From Eledone cirrhosa (taxonomy: Eukaryota), in contig OZ024741.1 in NCBI GenBank assembly GCA_964016885.1, positions 134,974,001 through 135,038,000 on the forward strand: a stretch of DNA of 64,000 nucleotides. Reading direction: 5' to 3'. Made by a program: the position numbers and the translations under genes. Position 1 is the first letter of the stretch. Each line of letters opens with the position of its first letter. Shown in pieces: positions 1 to 16,259 of this stretch. The notes under the pieces are model-generated. The model was not told the origin of the DNA. It searched no databases and saw only the letters and a program-made list of their open reading frames with translations.

Positions 1-201
1 TATATATACGGGGGTCCCTAAAAATGTATACATCATTCTAATATATATATTGCCTGTACAGGTAATCAAAGTGTGTATATATTTTTCGGGGACACCATAT
101 ATATATATATATATACCGGTGTCCCTAAAAATGTATACACCATTCTAATATATATATTGCCTGTACAGGTAATCAAAGTGTGTATACATTTTTCGTGGAC
201 A

Positions 202-248
<47 letters not shown>

Positions 249-961
249 GGGGTCCCGAAAAATGTATACACCATTCTAATATATATATTGCCTGTACAGA
301 TAATCAAAGTGTGTATACATTTTTCGGGGACACCATATATATATATATATATATACCGGGGTCCCGAAAAATGTATACACCATTCTAATATATATATTGC
401 CTGTACAGGTCATCAAAGTGTGTATACATTTTTCGGGGACACCATATATATATATATATAATACCGGGGTCCCTAAAAATGTATACACCATTCTAATATA
501 TATATTGCCTGTACAGGTAATCAAAGTGTGTATACATTTTTCGGGGATACCATATATATATACCGGGGTCCCTAAAAATGTATACACCATTCTAATATAT
601 CTATTGCCTGTACAGGTAATCAAAGTGTGTATACATTTTTCCGGGACACCATATATATATATATATACTGGTGTCCCTAAAAATGTATACACCATTCTAA
701 TATATATATTGCCTGTACAGTTAATCAAAGTGTGTATACATTTTTCGGGGACACTATATATATATATATATACCGGGGTCTCTAAAAATGTATACACCAT
801 TCTAATATATATATTGCCTGTGCAGGTAATCAAAGTGTGCATACATTTTTCGGGGACACCATATATATATATACCGGGGTCTCTAAAAATGTATACCCCA
901 TTCTAATATATATATTGCCTGTACAGGTCATCAAAGTGTGTATACATTTTTCGGGGACGCC

Positions 962-996
<35 letters not shown>

Positions 997-1397
997 CCGG
1001 GGTCCCGAAAAATGTATACCCCATTCTAATATATATATTGCCTGTACAGGTAATCAAAGTGTGTATACATTTTTCCGGGACACCATATATATATATACCG
1101 GTGTCCCTAAAAATGTATACACCATTCTAATATATATATTGCCTGTACAGTTAATCAAAGTGTGTATACATTTTTCGGAAACACCATATATATATATATA
1201 CCGGTGTCCCTAAAAATGTATACACCATTCTAATATATATATTGCCTGTACAGGTAATCAAAGTGTGTATACATTTTTCGTGGACACCATATATATATAT
1301 ATATATATATACCGGGGTCCCTAAAAATGTATACACCATTCTAATATATATATTGCCTGTACAGGTAATCAAACTGTGTATACATTTTTCGGGGACA

Positions 1398-1428
<31 letters not shown>

Positions 1429-1837
1429 GCGGGGTCCCTAAAAATGTATACACCATTCTAATATATATATTGCCTGTACAGGTAATCAAAGTGTGTATAC
1501 ATTTTTCGTGGACACCATATATATATATATATATATATATACCGGGGTCCCTAAAAATGTATACACCATTCTAATATATATATATTGCCTGTACAGGTAA
1601 TCAAAGTGTGTATACATTTTTCCGGGACACCATATATATATATATATCGGTGTCCCTAAAAATGTATACACCATTCTAATATATATATTGTCTGTACAGG
1701 TAATCAAAGTGTGTATACATTTTTCGGGGACACCATGTATATATATATATATACCGGGGTCCCTGAAAATGTATACACCATTCTAATATATATATTGCCT
1801 GTACAGATAATCAAAGTGTGTATACATTTTTCGGGGA

Positions 1838-1914
<77 letters not shown>

Positions 1915-2000
1915 GGGGCCTCTAAAAATGTATACCCCATTCTAATATATATATTGCCTGTACAGGTAATCAAAGTGTGTATACATTTTTCGGTGACACC

Positions 2001-2034
<34 letters not shown>

Positions 2035-5000
2035 CTATCTATCTAAGGCGGGTAAAATTCCCGAGATCCATGGACGAGTTCTCTCCAGCGGTCTCTGTCC
2101 CTCATTATCGCTGCCATATCCTGCATCTCCAACAGATCAGTGTCTGCCCTTAGGGCATCAACATATGTTAACCTTGGTCTTCCACTTCTAGTGTGTCCAT
2201 GTAGGGACTCCCAAAGGAGCACTGAGTGCAATGTCAACTCTGGATGTCGGTGAGCATGTCCAGCCAACCGGGGTCCCTAAAAATGTATACACCATTCTAA
2301 TATATATATTGCCTGTGCAGGTAATCAAAGTGTGTATACATTTTTCGGGACACCATATATATATATACCGGTGTCCCTAAAAATGTATCTACCATTCTAA
2401 TATATATATTGCCTGTACAGGTAATCAAAGTGTGTATACATTTTTGGGGGACATCATATATATATACCGGGGTCGCTAAAAATGTATACACCATTCTAAT
2501 ATATATATATTGCCTATACAGATAATCAAATTGTGTATACGTTTTTCGGGGACACCATATATATATATATATATATATATACCGGGGTCCCTAAAAATGT
2601 ATACACTATTCTAATATATATATTGACTGTACAGGTAATCAAAGTGTGTATACATTTTTCGGGGACACCATATATATATATGTATATATATATATACCGG
2701 GGTCCCGAAAAATATATACACCATTCTAATATATATATTGCCTGTACAGGTAATCAAAGTGTTTATACATTTTTCGGGGACACCATATATATATATATAT
2801 ATATAATACCGGGGTCCCTAAAAATGTATACACCATTCTAATATATATATTGCCTGTACAGATAATCAAAGTGTGTATACATTTTTCCGGGACACCATAT
2901 ATATATATACCGGTGTCCCTAAAAATGTATACACCATTCTAATATATATATTGCCTGTACAGGTAATCAAAGTGTGTATAGATTTTTCGGGGACACCATA
3001 TATATATATATATATATACCGGGGTCCCTAAAAATGTATACACCATTCTAATATATATATTGCCTGTACAGGTAATCAAAGTGTGTATACATTTTTCGGG
3101 GACACCATATATATGTATACCGGTGTACCTAAAAATGTATACACCACTCTAATATATATATTGCCTGTACATGTAATCAAAGTGTGTATACATTTTTCGG
3201 GGACACCATATATATATATATATATATATACCGGGGTCCCTAAAAATGTATACACTATTCTAATATATATATTGACTATACAGGTAATCAAAGTGTGTAT
3301 ACATTTTTCGGGGACCCCATATATATATATATATATAATACCGGGGTCCCTAAAAATGTATACACCATTCTAATATATATATTGCCTGTACAGGTAATCA
3401 AAGTGTGTATACATTTTTTGGGGACACCATATATATATATATACCGGGGTCCCTAAAAATGTATACACCATTCTAATATATATATTGCCTGTACAGGTAA
3501 TCAAAGTGTGTATACATTTTTCGGGGACACCATATATATATATATATAATACCGTGGTCCCTAAAAATGTATACACCATTCTAATATATATATTGCCTGT
3601 ACAGGTAATCAAAGTGTGTATACATTTTTCGGGGACACCATATATATATATATATATATATACCGGGGTCCCTAAAAATGTATACACCATTCTAATATAT
3701 ATATTGCCTGTACAGATAATTAAAGTGTGTATACATTTTTCCGGGACACCATATATATATATACCGGGGTCCCTAAAAATGTATACACCATTCTAATATA
3801 TATATTGCCTGTACAGATAATCAAAGTGTGTATACATTTTTCGGGGACACCATATATATACGTATATATATACCGGGGTCCCGAAAAATGTATACACCAT
3901 TCTAATATATATATTGCTTGTACAGATAATCAAAGTGTGTATACATTTTTCGGGGACACCATATATATACGTATATATATACCGGGGTCCCGAAAAATGT
4001 ATACACCATTCTAATATATATATTGCCTGTACAGGTAATCAAAGTGTGTATACATTTTTCGGGGACACCATATATATATATATATACCGGGGTCCCTCAA
4101 AATGTATACAGCATTCTAATATATATATTGCCTGTACAGGTAATCAAAGTGTGTATACATTTTTCGGGGACATCATATATATATACCAGGGTCGCTAAAA
4201 ACGTATACACCATTCTAATATATATATATTGCCTGTACAGATAATCAAATTGTGTATACGTTTTTCGGGGACACCATATATATAAATATATACCGGGGTC
4301 CCTAAAAATGTATACACTATTCTAATATATATATTGACTGTACAGGTAATCAAAGTGTGTATACATTTTTCGGGGACACCATATTTATATATATATATAT
4401 ATATATACCGGGGTCCCGAAAAATATATACTCCATTCTAATATATATATTGCCTGTACAGGTAATCAAAGTGTGCATACATTTTTCGGGGACACCATATA
4501 TATATATAATACCGGAGTCCCTAAAAATGTATACACCATTCTAATATATATATTGCCTGTACAGGTAATCAAAGTGTGTATACATTTTTCGGGGACACCA
4601 TATATATATATATATATATATATACCGGGGTCCCTAAAAACGTATACACCATTCTAATATATATATTGCCTGTACAGATAATCAAAGTGTGTATACATTT
4701 TTCCGGGACACCATATATATATATATACCGGGGTCCCTAAAAATGTATACACCATTCTAATATATATATTGCCTGTACAGATAATCAAAGTGTGTATACA
4801 TTTTTCGGGGACACCATATATATATATATATATATATACCGGGGTCCCGAAAAATGTATACACCATTCTAATATATATATTGCCTGTACAGGTAATCAAA
4901 GTGTGTATACATTTTTCGGGGACACCATATATATATACATATACCGGGGTCCCTAAAAATGTATACAGCATTCTAATATATATATTGCCTGTACAGGTAA

Positions 5001-5133
5001 TCAAAGTGTGTATACATTTTTCGGGGACACCATATATATATATATATACCGGGGTCCCTAAAAATGTATACACCATTCTAATATATATATTGCCTGTACA
5101 GGTAATCAAAGTGTGTATACATTTTTCGGGGAC

Positions 5134-5177
<44 letters not shown>

Positions 5178-5676
5178 GGGGTCCCTAAAAATGTATACAC
5201 CATTCTAACATATCTATTGCCTGTACAGGTAATCAAAGTGTGTATACATTTTTCCGGGACACCATATATATATATATATACTGGTGTCCCTAAAAATGTA
5301 TACAACATTCTAATATATATATTGCCTGTACAGTTAATCAAAGTGTGTATACATTTTTCCGGGACACCAATATATATATATATACTGGTGTCCCTAAAAA
5401 TGTATACACCATTCTAACATATATGTTGCCTTTACAGGTAATCAAAGTGTGTATACATTTTTCCGGGACACCATATATATATATATATACTGGTGTCCCT
5501 AAAAATGTATACAACATTCTAATATATATATTGCCTGTACAGTTAATCAAAGTGTGTATACATTTTTCCGGGACACCATATATATATATACCGATGTCAC
5601 TAAAAATGTATACACCATTCTAATATATATATTGCCTGTACAGGTAATCAAAGTGTGTATAGATTTTTCGGGGACA

Positions 5677-5709
<33 letters not shown>

Positions 5710-6118
5710 GGGGTCCCTAAAAATGTATACACCATTCTAATATATATATTGCCTGTACAGGTAATCAAAGTGTGTATACATTTTTCGGGACACCATATAC
5801 ATATATACCGGTGAACCTAAAAATGTATACACCATTCTAATATATATATTGCCTGTACATGTAATCAAAGTGTGTATACATTTTTCGGGGACACCTTATA
5901 TATATATTTATATATATATACCGGGGTCCCGAAAAATATATACACCATTCTAATATATATATTGCCTGTACAGGTAACCAAAGTGTGTATACATTTTTCG
6001 GGGACACCATATATATATATATATATAATACCGGGGTCCCTAAAAATGTATACACCATTCTAATATATATATTGCCTGTACAGGTAATCAAAGTGTGTAT
6101 ACATTTTTCGGGGACACC

Positions 6119-6170
<52 letters not shown>

Positions 6171-9100
6171 CGGGGTCCCTAAAAATGTATACACCATTCT
6201 AATATATATATTGCCTGTACAGATAATCAAAGTGTGTATACATTTTTCGGGGACACCATATATATACGTATATATATACCGGGGTCCCGAAAAATGTATA
6301 CACCATTCTAATATATATATTGCCTGTACAGATAATCAAAGTGTGTATACATTTTTCGGGGACACCATATATATACGTATATATATACCGGGGTCCCGAA
6401 AAATGTATACACCATTCTAATATATATATTGCCTGTACAGGTAATCAAAGTGTGTATACATTTTTCGGGGACACCATATATATATATATATACCGGGGTC
6501 CCTCAAAATGTATACAGCATTCTAATATATATATTGCCTGTACAGGTAATCAAAGTGTGTATACATTTTTCGGGGACATCATATATATATACCAGGGTCG
6601 CTAAAAACGTATACACCATTCTAATATATATATATTGCCTGTACAGATAATCAAATTGTGTATACGTTTTTCGGGGACACCATATATATAAATATATACC
6701 GGGGTCCCTAAAAATGTATACACTATTCTAATATATATATTGACTGTACAGGTAATCAAAGTGTGTATACATTTTTCGGGGACACCATATTTATATATAT
6801 ATATATTTATATACCGGGGTCCCGAAAAATATATACTCCATTCTAATATATATATTGCCTGTACAGGTAATCAAAGTGTGCATACATTTTTCGGGGACAC
6901 CATATATATATATAATACCGGAGTCCCTAAAAATGTATACACCATTCTAATATATATATTGCCTGTACAGGTAATCAAAGTGTGTATACATTTTTCGGGG
7001 ACACCATATATATATATATATATATATATACCGGGGTCCCTAAAAACGTATACACCATTCTAATATATATATTGCCTGTACAGATAATCAAAGTGTGTAT
7101 ACATTTTTCCGGGACACCATATATATATATATATACCGGGGTCCCTAAAAATGTATACACCATTCTAATATATATATTGCCTGTACAGATAATCAAAGTG
7201 TGTATACATTTTTCGGGGACACCATATATATATATATATATATATACCGGGGTCCCGAAAAATGTATACACCATTCTAATATATATATTGCCTGTACAGG
7301 TAATCAAAGTGTGTATACATTTTTCGGGGACACCATATATATATACATATACCGGGGTCCCTAAAAATGTATACAGCATTCTAATATATATATTGCCTGT
7401 ACAGGTAATCAAAGTGTGTATACATTTTTCGGGGACACCATATATATGTATACCGGTGTACCTAAAAATGTATACACCACTCTAATATATATATTGCCTG
7501 TACATGTAATCAAAGTGTGTATACATTTTTCGGGGACACCATATATATATATATATATATACCGGGGTCCCTAAAAATGTATACACTATTCTAATATATA
7601 TATTGACTATACAGGTAATCAAAGTGTGTATACATTTTTCGGGGACCCCATATATATATATATATATAATACCGGGGTCCCTAAAAATGTATACACCATT
7701 CTAATATATATATTGCCTGTACAGGTAATCAAAGTGTGTATACATTTTTTGGGGACACCATATATATATATATACCGGGGTCCCTAAAAATGTATACACC
7801 ATTCTAATATATATATTGCCTGTACAGGTAATCAAAGTGTGTATACATTTTTCGGGGACACCATATATATATATATATAATACCGTGGTCCCTAAAAATG
7901 TATACACCATTCTAATATATATATTGCCTGTACAGGTAATCAAAGTGTGTATACATTTTTCGGGGACACCATATATATATATATATATATATATACCGGG
8001 GTCCCTAAAAATGTATACACCATTCTAATATATATATTGCCTGTACAGATAATTAAAGTGTGTATACATTTTTCCAGGACACCATATATATATATACCGG
8101 GGTCCCTAAAAATGTATACACCATTCTAATATATATATTGCCTGTACAGATAATCAAAGTGTGTATACATTTTTCGGGGACACCATATATATACGTATAT
8201 ATATACCGGGGTCCCGAAAAATGTATACACCATTCTAATATATATATTGCTTGTACAGATAATCAAAGTGTGTATACATTTTTCGGGGACACCATATATA
8301 TACGTATATATATACCGGGGTCCCGAAAAATGTATACACCATTCTAATATATATATTGCCTGTACAGGTAATCAAAGTGTGTATACATTTTTCGGGGACA
8401 CCATATATATATATATATACCGGGGTCCCTCAAAATGTATACAGCATTCTAATATATATATTGCCTGTACAGGTAATCAAAGTGTGTATACATTTTTCGG
8501 GGACATCATATATATATACCAGGGTCGCTAAAAACGTATACACCATTCTAATATATATATATTGCCTGTACAGATAATCAAATTGTGTATACGTTTTTCG
8601 GGGACACCATATATATAAATATATACCGGGGTCCCTAAAAATGTATACACTATTCTAATATATATATTGACTGTACAGGTAATCAAAGTGTGTATACTTT
8701 TTTCGGGGACACCATATTTATATATATATATATATATATACCGGGGTCCCGAAAAATATATACTCCATTCTAATATATATATTGCCTGTACAGGTAATCA
8801 AAGTGTGCATACATTTTTCGGGGACACCATATATATATATAATACCGGAGTCCCTAAAAATGTATACACCATTCTAATATATATATTGCCTGTACAGGTA
8901 ATCAAAGTGTGTATACATTTTTCGGGGACACCATATATATATATATATATATATATACCGGGGTCCCTAAAAACGTATACACCATTCTAATATATATATT
9001 GCCTGTACAGATAATCAAAGTGTGTATACATTTTTCCGGGACACCATATATATATATATACCGGGGTCCCTAAAAATGTATACACCATTCTAATATATAT

Positions 9101-9468
9101 ATTGCCTGTACAGATAATCAAAGTGTGTATACATTTTTCGGGGACACCATATATATATATATATATATATACCGGGGTCCCGAAAAATGTATACACCATT
9201 CTAATATATATATTGCCTGTACAGGTAATCAAAGTGTGTATACATTTTTCGGGGACACCATATATATATACATATACCGGGGTCCCTAAAAATGTATACA
9301 GCATTCTAATATATATATTGCCTGTACAGGTAATCAAAGTGTGTATACATTTTTCGGGGACACCATATATATATATATATATACCGGGGTCCCTAAAAAT
9401 GTATACACCATTCTAATATATATATTGCCTGTACAGGTAATCAAAGTGTGTATACATTTTTCGGGGAC

Positions 9469-9512
<44 letters not shown>

Positions 9513-10011
9513 GGGGTCCCTAAAAATGTATACACCATTCTAACATATCTATTGCCTGTACAGGTAATCAAAGTGTGTATACATTTTTCCGGGACACCAT
9601 ATATATATATATATACTGGTGTCCCTAAAAATGTATACAACATTCTAATATATATATTGCCTGTACAGTTAATCAAAGTGTGTATACATTTTTCCGGGAC
9701 ACCAATATATATATATATACTGGTGTCCCTAAAAATGTATACACCACTCTAACATATATGTTGCCTTTACAGGTAATCAAAGTGTGTATACATTTTTCCG
9801 GGACACCATATATATATATATATACTGGTGTCCCTAAAAATGTATACAACATTCTAATATATATATTGCCTGTACAGTTAATCAAAGTGTGTATACATTT
9901 TTCCGGGACACCATATATATATATACCGATGTCACTAAAAATGTATACACCATTCTAATATATATATTGCCTGTACAGGTAATCAAAGTGTGTATAGATT
10001 TTTCGGGGACA

Positions 10012-10044
<33 letters not shown>

Positions 10045-10453
10045 GGGGTCCCTAAAAATGTATACACCATTCTAATATATATATTGCCTGTACAGGTAAT
10101 CAAAGTGTGTATACATTTTTCGGGACACCATATACATATATACCGGTGAACCTAAAAATGTATACACCATTCTAATATATATATTGCCTGTACATGTAAT
10201 CAAAGTGTGTATACATTTTTCGGGGACACCTTATATATATATTTATATATATATACCGGGGTCCCGAAAAATATATACACCATTCTAATATATATATTGC
10301 CTGTACAGGTAACCAAAGTGTGTATACATTTTTCGGGGACACCATATATATATATATATATAATACCGGGGTCCCTAAAAATGTATACACCATTCTAATA
10401 TATATATTGCCTGTACAGGTAATCAAAGTGTGTATACATTTTTCGGGGACACC

Positions 10454-10505
<52 letters not shown>

Positions 10506-12403
10506 CGGGGTCCCTAAAAATGTATACACCATTCTAATATATATATTGCCTGTACAGATAATCAAAGTGTGTATACATTTTTCGGGGACACCATATATAT
10601 ACGTATATATATACCGGGGTCCCGAAAAATGTATACACCATTCTAATATATATATTGCCTGTACAGATAATCAAAGTGTGTATACATTTTTCGGGGACAC
10701 CATATATATACGTATATATATACCGGGGTCCCGAAAAATGTATACACCATTCTAATATATATATTGCCTGTACAGGTAATCAAAGTGTGTATACATTTTT
10801 CGGGGACACCATATATATATATATATACCGGGGTCCCTCAAAATGTATACAGCATTCTAATATATATATTGCCTGTACAGGTAATCAAAGTGTGTATACA
10901 TTTTTCGGGGACATCATATATATATACCAGGGTCGCTAAAAACGTATACACCATTCTAATATATATATATTGCCTGTACAGATAATCAAATTGTGTATAC
11001 GTTTTTCGGGGACACCATATATATAAATATATACCGGGGTCCCTAAAAATGTATACACTATTCTAATATATATATTGACTGTACAGGTAATCAAAGTGTG
11101 TATACATTTTTCGGGGACACCATATTTATATATATATATATATATATACCGGGGTCCCGAAAAATATATACTCCATTCTAATATATATATTGCCTGTACA
11201 GGTAATCAAAGTGTGCATACATTTTTCGGGGACACCATATATATATATAATACCGGAGTCCCTAAAAATGTATACACCATTCTAATATATATATTGCCTG
11301 TACAGGTAATCAAAGTGTGTATACATTTTTCGGGGACACCATATATATATATATATATATATATACCGGGGTCCCTAAAAACGTATACACCATTCTAATA
11401 TATATATTGCCTGTACAGATAATCAAAGTGTGTATACATTTTTCCGGGACACCATATATATATATATACCGGGGTCCCTAAAAATGTATACACCATTCTA
11501 ATATATATATTGCCTGTACAGATAATCAAAGTGTGTATACATTTTTCGGGGACACCATATATATATATATATATATATACCGGGGTCCCGAAAAATGTAT
11601 ACACCATTCTAATATATATATTGCCTGTACAGGTAATCAAAGTGTGTATACATTTTTCGGGGACACCATATATATATACATATACCGGGGTCCCTAAAAA
11701 TGTATACAGCATTCTAATATATATATTGCCTGTACAGGTAATCAAAGTGTGTATACATTTTTCGGGGACACCATATATATATATATATACCGGGGTCCCT
11801 AAAAATGTATACACCATTCTAATATATATATTGCCTGTACAGGTAATCAAAGTGTGTATACATTTTTCGGGGACGCCATATATATATATATATATATATA
11901 TATACCGGGGTCCCTAAAAATGTATACACCATTCTAACATATCTATTGCCTGTACAGGTAATCAAAGTGTGTATACATTTTTCCGGGACACCATATATAT
12001 ATATATATACTGGTGTCCCTAAAAATGTATACAACATTCTAATATATATATTGCCTGTACAGTTAATCAAAGTGTGTATACATTTTTCCGGGACACCAAT
12101 ATATATATATACTGGTGTCCCTAAAAATGTATACACCATTCTAACATATATGTTGCCTTTACAGGTAATCAAAGTGTGTATACATTTTTCCGGGACACCA
12201 TATATATATATATATACTGGTGTCCCTAAAAATGTATACAACATTCTAATATATATATTGCCTGTACAGTTAATCAAAGTGTGTATACATTTTTCCGGGA
12301 CACCATATATATATATACCGATGTCCCTAAAAATGTATACACCATTCTAATATATATATTGCCTGTACAGGTAATCAAAGTGTGTATAGATTTTTCGGGG
12401 ACA

Positions 12404-12438
<35 letters not shown>

Positions 12439-12845
12439 GGGGTCCCTAAAAATGTATACACCATTCTAATATATATATTGCCTGTACAGGTAATCAAAGT
12501 GTGTATACATTTTTCGGGACACCATATACATATATACCGGTGAACCTAAAAATGTATACACCATTCTAATATATATATTGCCTGTACATGTAATCAAAGT
12601 GTGTATACATTTTTCGGGGACACCTTATATATATATCTATATATATATACCGGGGTCCCGAAAAATATATACACCATTCTAATATATATATTGCCTGTAC
12701 AGGTAACCAAAGTGTGTATACATTTTTCGGGGACACCATATATATATATATATATAATACCGGGGTCCCTAAAAATGTATACACCATTCTAATATATATA
12801 TTGCCTGTACAGGTAATCAAAGTGTGTATACATTTTTCGGGGACA

Positions 12846-12882
<37 letters not shown>

Positions 12883-13174
12883 GGGGTCCCTAAAAATGTA
12901 TACACCATTCTAATATATATATTGCCTGTACAGATAATCAAAGTGTGTATACATTTTTCCGGGACACCATATATATATATATACCGGGGTCCCTAAAAAT
13001 GTATACACCATTCTAATATATATATTGCCTGTACAGATAATCAAAGTCTGTATACATTTTTCGGGGACACCATATATATATATATATACCGGGGTGCCGA
13101 AAAATGTATACACCATTCTAATATATATATTGACTGTACAGATAATCAAAGTGTGTATACATTTTTCGGGGACA

Positions 13175-13207
<33 letters not shown>

Positions 13208-13396
13208 GGGGTCCCGAAAAATGTATACACCATTCTAATATATATATTGCCTGTACAGGTAATCAAAGTGTGTATACATTTTTCGGGGACACCATATATA
13301 TATATATATACCGGGGTCCCTAAAAATGTATACAGCATTCTAATATATATATTGCCTGTACAGGTAATCAAAGTGTGTATACATTTTTCGGGGACA

Positions 13397-13441
<45 letters not shown>

Positions 13442-14263
13442 GGGGTCCCTAAAAATGTATACACCATTCTAATATATATATTGCCTGTACAGATAATCAA
13501 AGTGTGTATACATTTTTCGGGGGCACCATATATATATATATATATATACCGGGGTCCCTAAAAATGTATACACCATTCTAATATATCTATTGCCTGTACA
13601 GGTAATCAAAGTGTGTATACATTTTTCCGGGACAACATATATATATATATATACTGGTGTCCCTAAAAATGTATACACCATTCTAATATATATATTGCCT
13701 GTACATTTAATCAAAGTCTGTATACATTTTTCCGGGACACCAATATATATATATACTGGTGTCCCTAAAAATGTATACACCATTCTAACATATATGTTGC
13801 CTTTACAGGTAATCAAAGTGTGTATACATTTTTCCGGGACACCATATATATATATACCGGTGTCCCTAAAAATGTATACACCATTCTAATATATATATTG
13901 CCTGTACAGGTAATCAAAGTGTGTATACATTTTTCGGGACACCATATATATATATATACCGGTGAACCTAAAAATGTATACACCATTCTAATATATATAT
14001 TGCCTGTACATGTAATCAAAGTGTGTATACATTTTTCGGGGACACCTTATATATATATATATATACCGGGGTCCCTAAAAACGTATACACCATTCTAATA
14101 TATATATTGCCTGTACAGATAATCAAGTGTGTATACATTTTTCGGGGACACCATATATATATATATATATATATACCGGGGTCCCTAAAAATGTATACAC
14201 CATTCTAATATATATATTGCCTGTACAGGTCATCAAAGTGTGTATACATTTTTCGGGGACACC

Positions 14264-14340
<77 letters not shown>

Positions 14341-14424
14341 GGGGTCCCTAGAAATGTATACACCTTTCCAATATATATATTGCCTGCATAGGTAATCAAA
14401 GTGTGTATACATTTTTCGGTGACA

Positions 14425-14507
<83 letters not shown>

Positions 14508-14591
14508 GGGGTCCCTAAAAATGTATCTACCATTCTAATATATATATTGCCTGTACAGGTAATCAAAGTGTGTATACATTTTTCGGTGACA

Positions 14592-14654
<63 letters not shown>

Positions 14655-15261
14655 GGGGTCCCTAAAAATGTATACACTATTCTAATATATATATTGCCTG
14701 TGCAGGTTATCAAAGTGTGTATACATTTTTCGGGGACACCATATATATATATACCGGTGTCCCTAAAAATGTATCTACCATTCTAATATATATATTGCCT
14801 GTACAGGTAATCAAAGTGTGTATACATTTTTCGGGGACATCATATATATATACCGGGGTCGCTAAAAATGTATACACCATTCTAATATATATATATTGCC
14901 TGTACAGATAATCAAATTGTGTATACGTTTTTCGGGGACACCATATATATGTATATATATACCGGGGTCCCTAAAAATGTATACACTATTCTAATATATA
15001 TATTGCCTGTACAGGTAATCAAAGTGTGTATACATTTTTCGGGGACACCATATATATATATATATATATATATACCGGGGTCCCTAAAAATGTATACACC
15101 ATTCTAATATATATATTGCCTGTACAGATAATCAATGTGTGTATACATTTTTCCGGGACACCATATATATATATACCGGTGTCCCTAAAAATGTATACAC
15201 CATTCTAATATATATATTGCCTGTACAGGTAATCAAAGTGTGTATAGATTTTTCGGGGACA

Positions 15262-15318
<57 letters not shown>

Positions 15319-15513
15319 GGGGTCCCTAAAAATGTATACACCATTCTAATTTATATATTGCCTGTACAGGTAATCAAAGTGTGTATACATTTTTCGGGGA
15401 CACCATATATATATATATATATATATACCGGGGTCCCTAAAAATGTATACACCATTCTAACATATATATTGCCTGTACAGATATTCAAAGTTTTTATACA
15501 TTTTTCGGGGACA

Positions 15514-15550
<37 letters not shown>

Positions 15551-15634
15551 GGGTTCCATAAAAATGTATACACCATTCTGATATATATATTGCCTGTACA
15601 GGTAATCAAAGTGTGTATTCATTTTTCGGGGACA

Positions 15635-15669
<35 letters not shown>

Positions 15670-16100
15670 GGGGGTCACTAAAAATTTATACACCATTCTA
15701 ATATATATATTGCCTGTACAGGTAATCAAAGTGTGTATACATTTTTCGGGGACACCATATATATATATATATATACCGGGTTTCCTAAAAATGTATACAT
15801 CATTCTAATATATATATTGCCTGTACAGATAATCAAAGTGTGTATACATTTTTTGGGGATACCATATATATATATATATATATATACCGGGGTCCCTAAA
15901 ATGTATACACCATTCTAATATATATATTGCCTGTACAGGTCATCAAAGTGTGTATACATTTTTCGGGGACACCATATATATATATATACCGGTGTCCCTA
16001 AAAATGTATACACCATTCTAATATATATATATTGCCTGTACAGGTATTCGAAATGTGTATACATTTTTCGGGGACACCATATATATATATATATATATAT
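1..16100. repeat. Satellite array of an ~89-bp palindromic MITE-like unit separated by variable (TA)n spacers (about 145-150 units; continues off the left edge)
   Basis: Unit CCGGGGTCCCTAAAAATGTATACACCATTCTAATATATATATTGCCTGTACAGGTAATCAAAGTGTGTATACATTTTTCGGGGACACCA. Its ~25-bp ends are imperfect inverted repeats (left CCGGGGTCCCTAAAAATGTATACAC; right, reverse-complemented, TGGTGTCCCCGAAAAATGTATACAC). There is a central palindrome ATTGCCTGTACAGGTAAT, and TA flanks as expected for Tc1/mariner-type targets. Confidence 0.95.
2035..2267 (-). mobile_element. 5'-truncated RTE-type LINE 3' end inserted in the satellite
   Basis: ORF 2043..2267 AGHAHRH...LLWESLHGHTRSGRPRLTYVDAL...MRDRDRWRELV matches the RTE ORF C-terminal pattern (GH..R, GRP...Y/W.D, DR..WR). 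It is followed by a (TAGA)n tail that merges into (TA)n. Confidence 0.8.
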
Positions 16101-16169
16101 TATGAAGAGAGAAGAAACGTTTAGATATAATTAGTAATAAAATGTATCATACCTAAACTGCTCCTAGAT

Positions 16170-16259
16170 TCCTCGACTACGTAGTTTCGTGGCATAAACA
16201 AAAACAATACATCATAAAGATATAGAGTCCTTGCGAGGTCTGCCGACTTATCAAGAGAA
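16170..16259 (-). ncRNA. Type I hammerhead ribozyme, U3-A8 core variant (copy 1)
   Basis: Minus strand: TTCTC-TTGATAA-GT(C)GGCA..~46 nt..TGCCAC-GAAA-CTACGTAG-TC-GAGGA. Stem III is palindromic (ACTACGTAGT) and the cleavage triplet is GUC. Confidence 0.65.

Noticed and set aside
73-15918. Dozens of [12 protein letters not shown] ORFs
   Set aside because: Translations of the satellite; frames shift with TA number.
1-16100. CRISPR array (palindromic repeat plus variable spacers)
   Set aside because: The repeat is ~89 bp, spacers are only (TA)n, there are no cas genes, and the context is eukaryotic.
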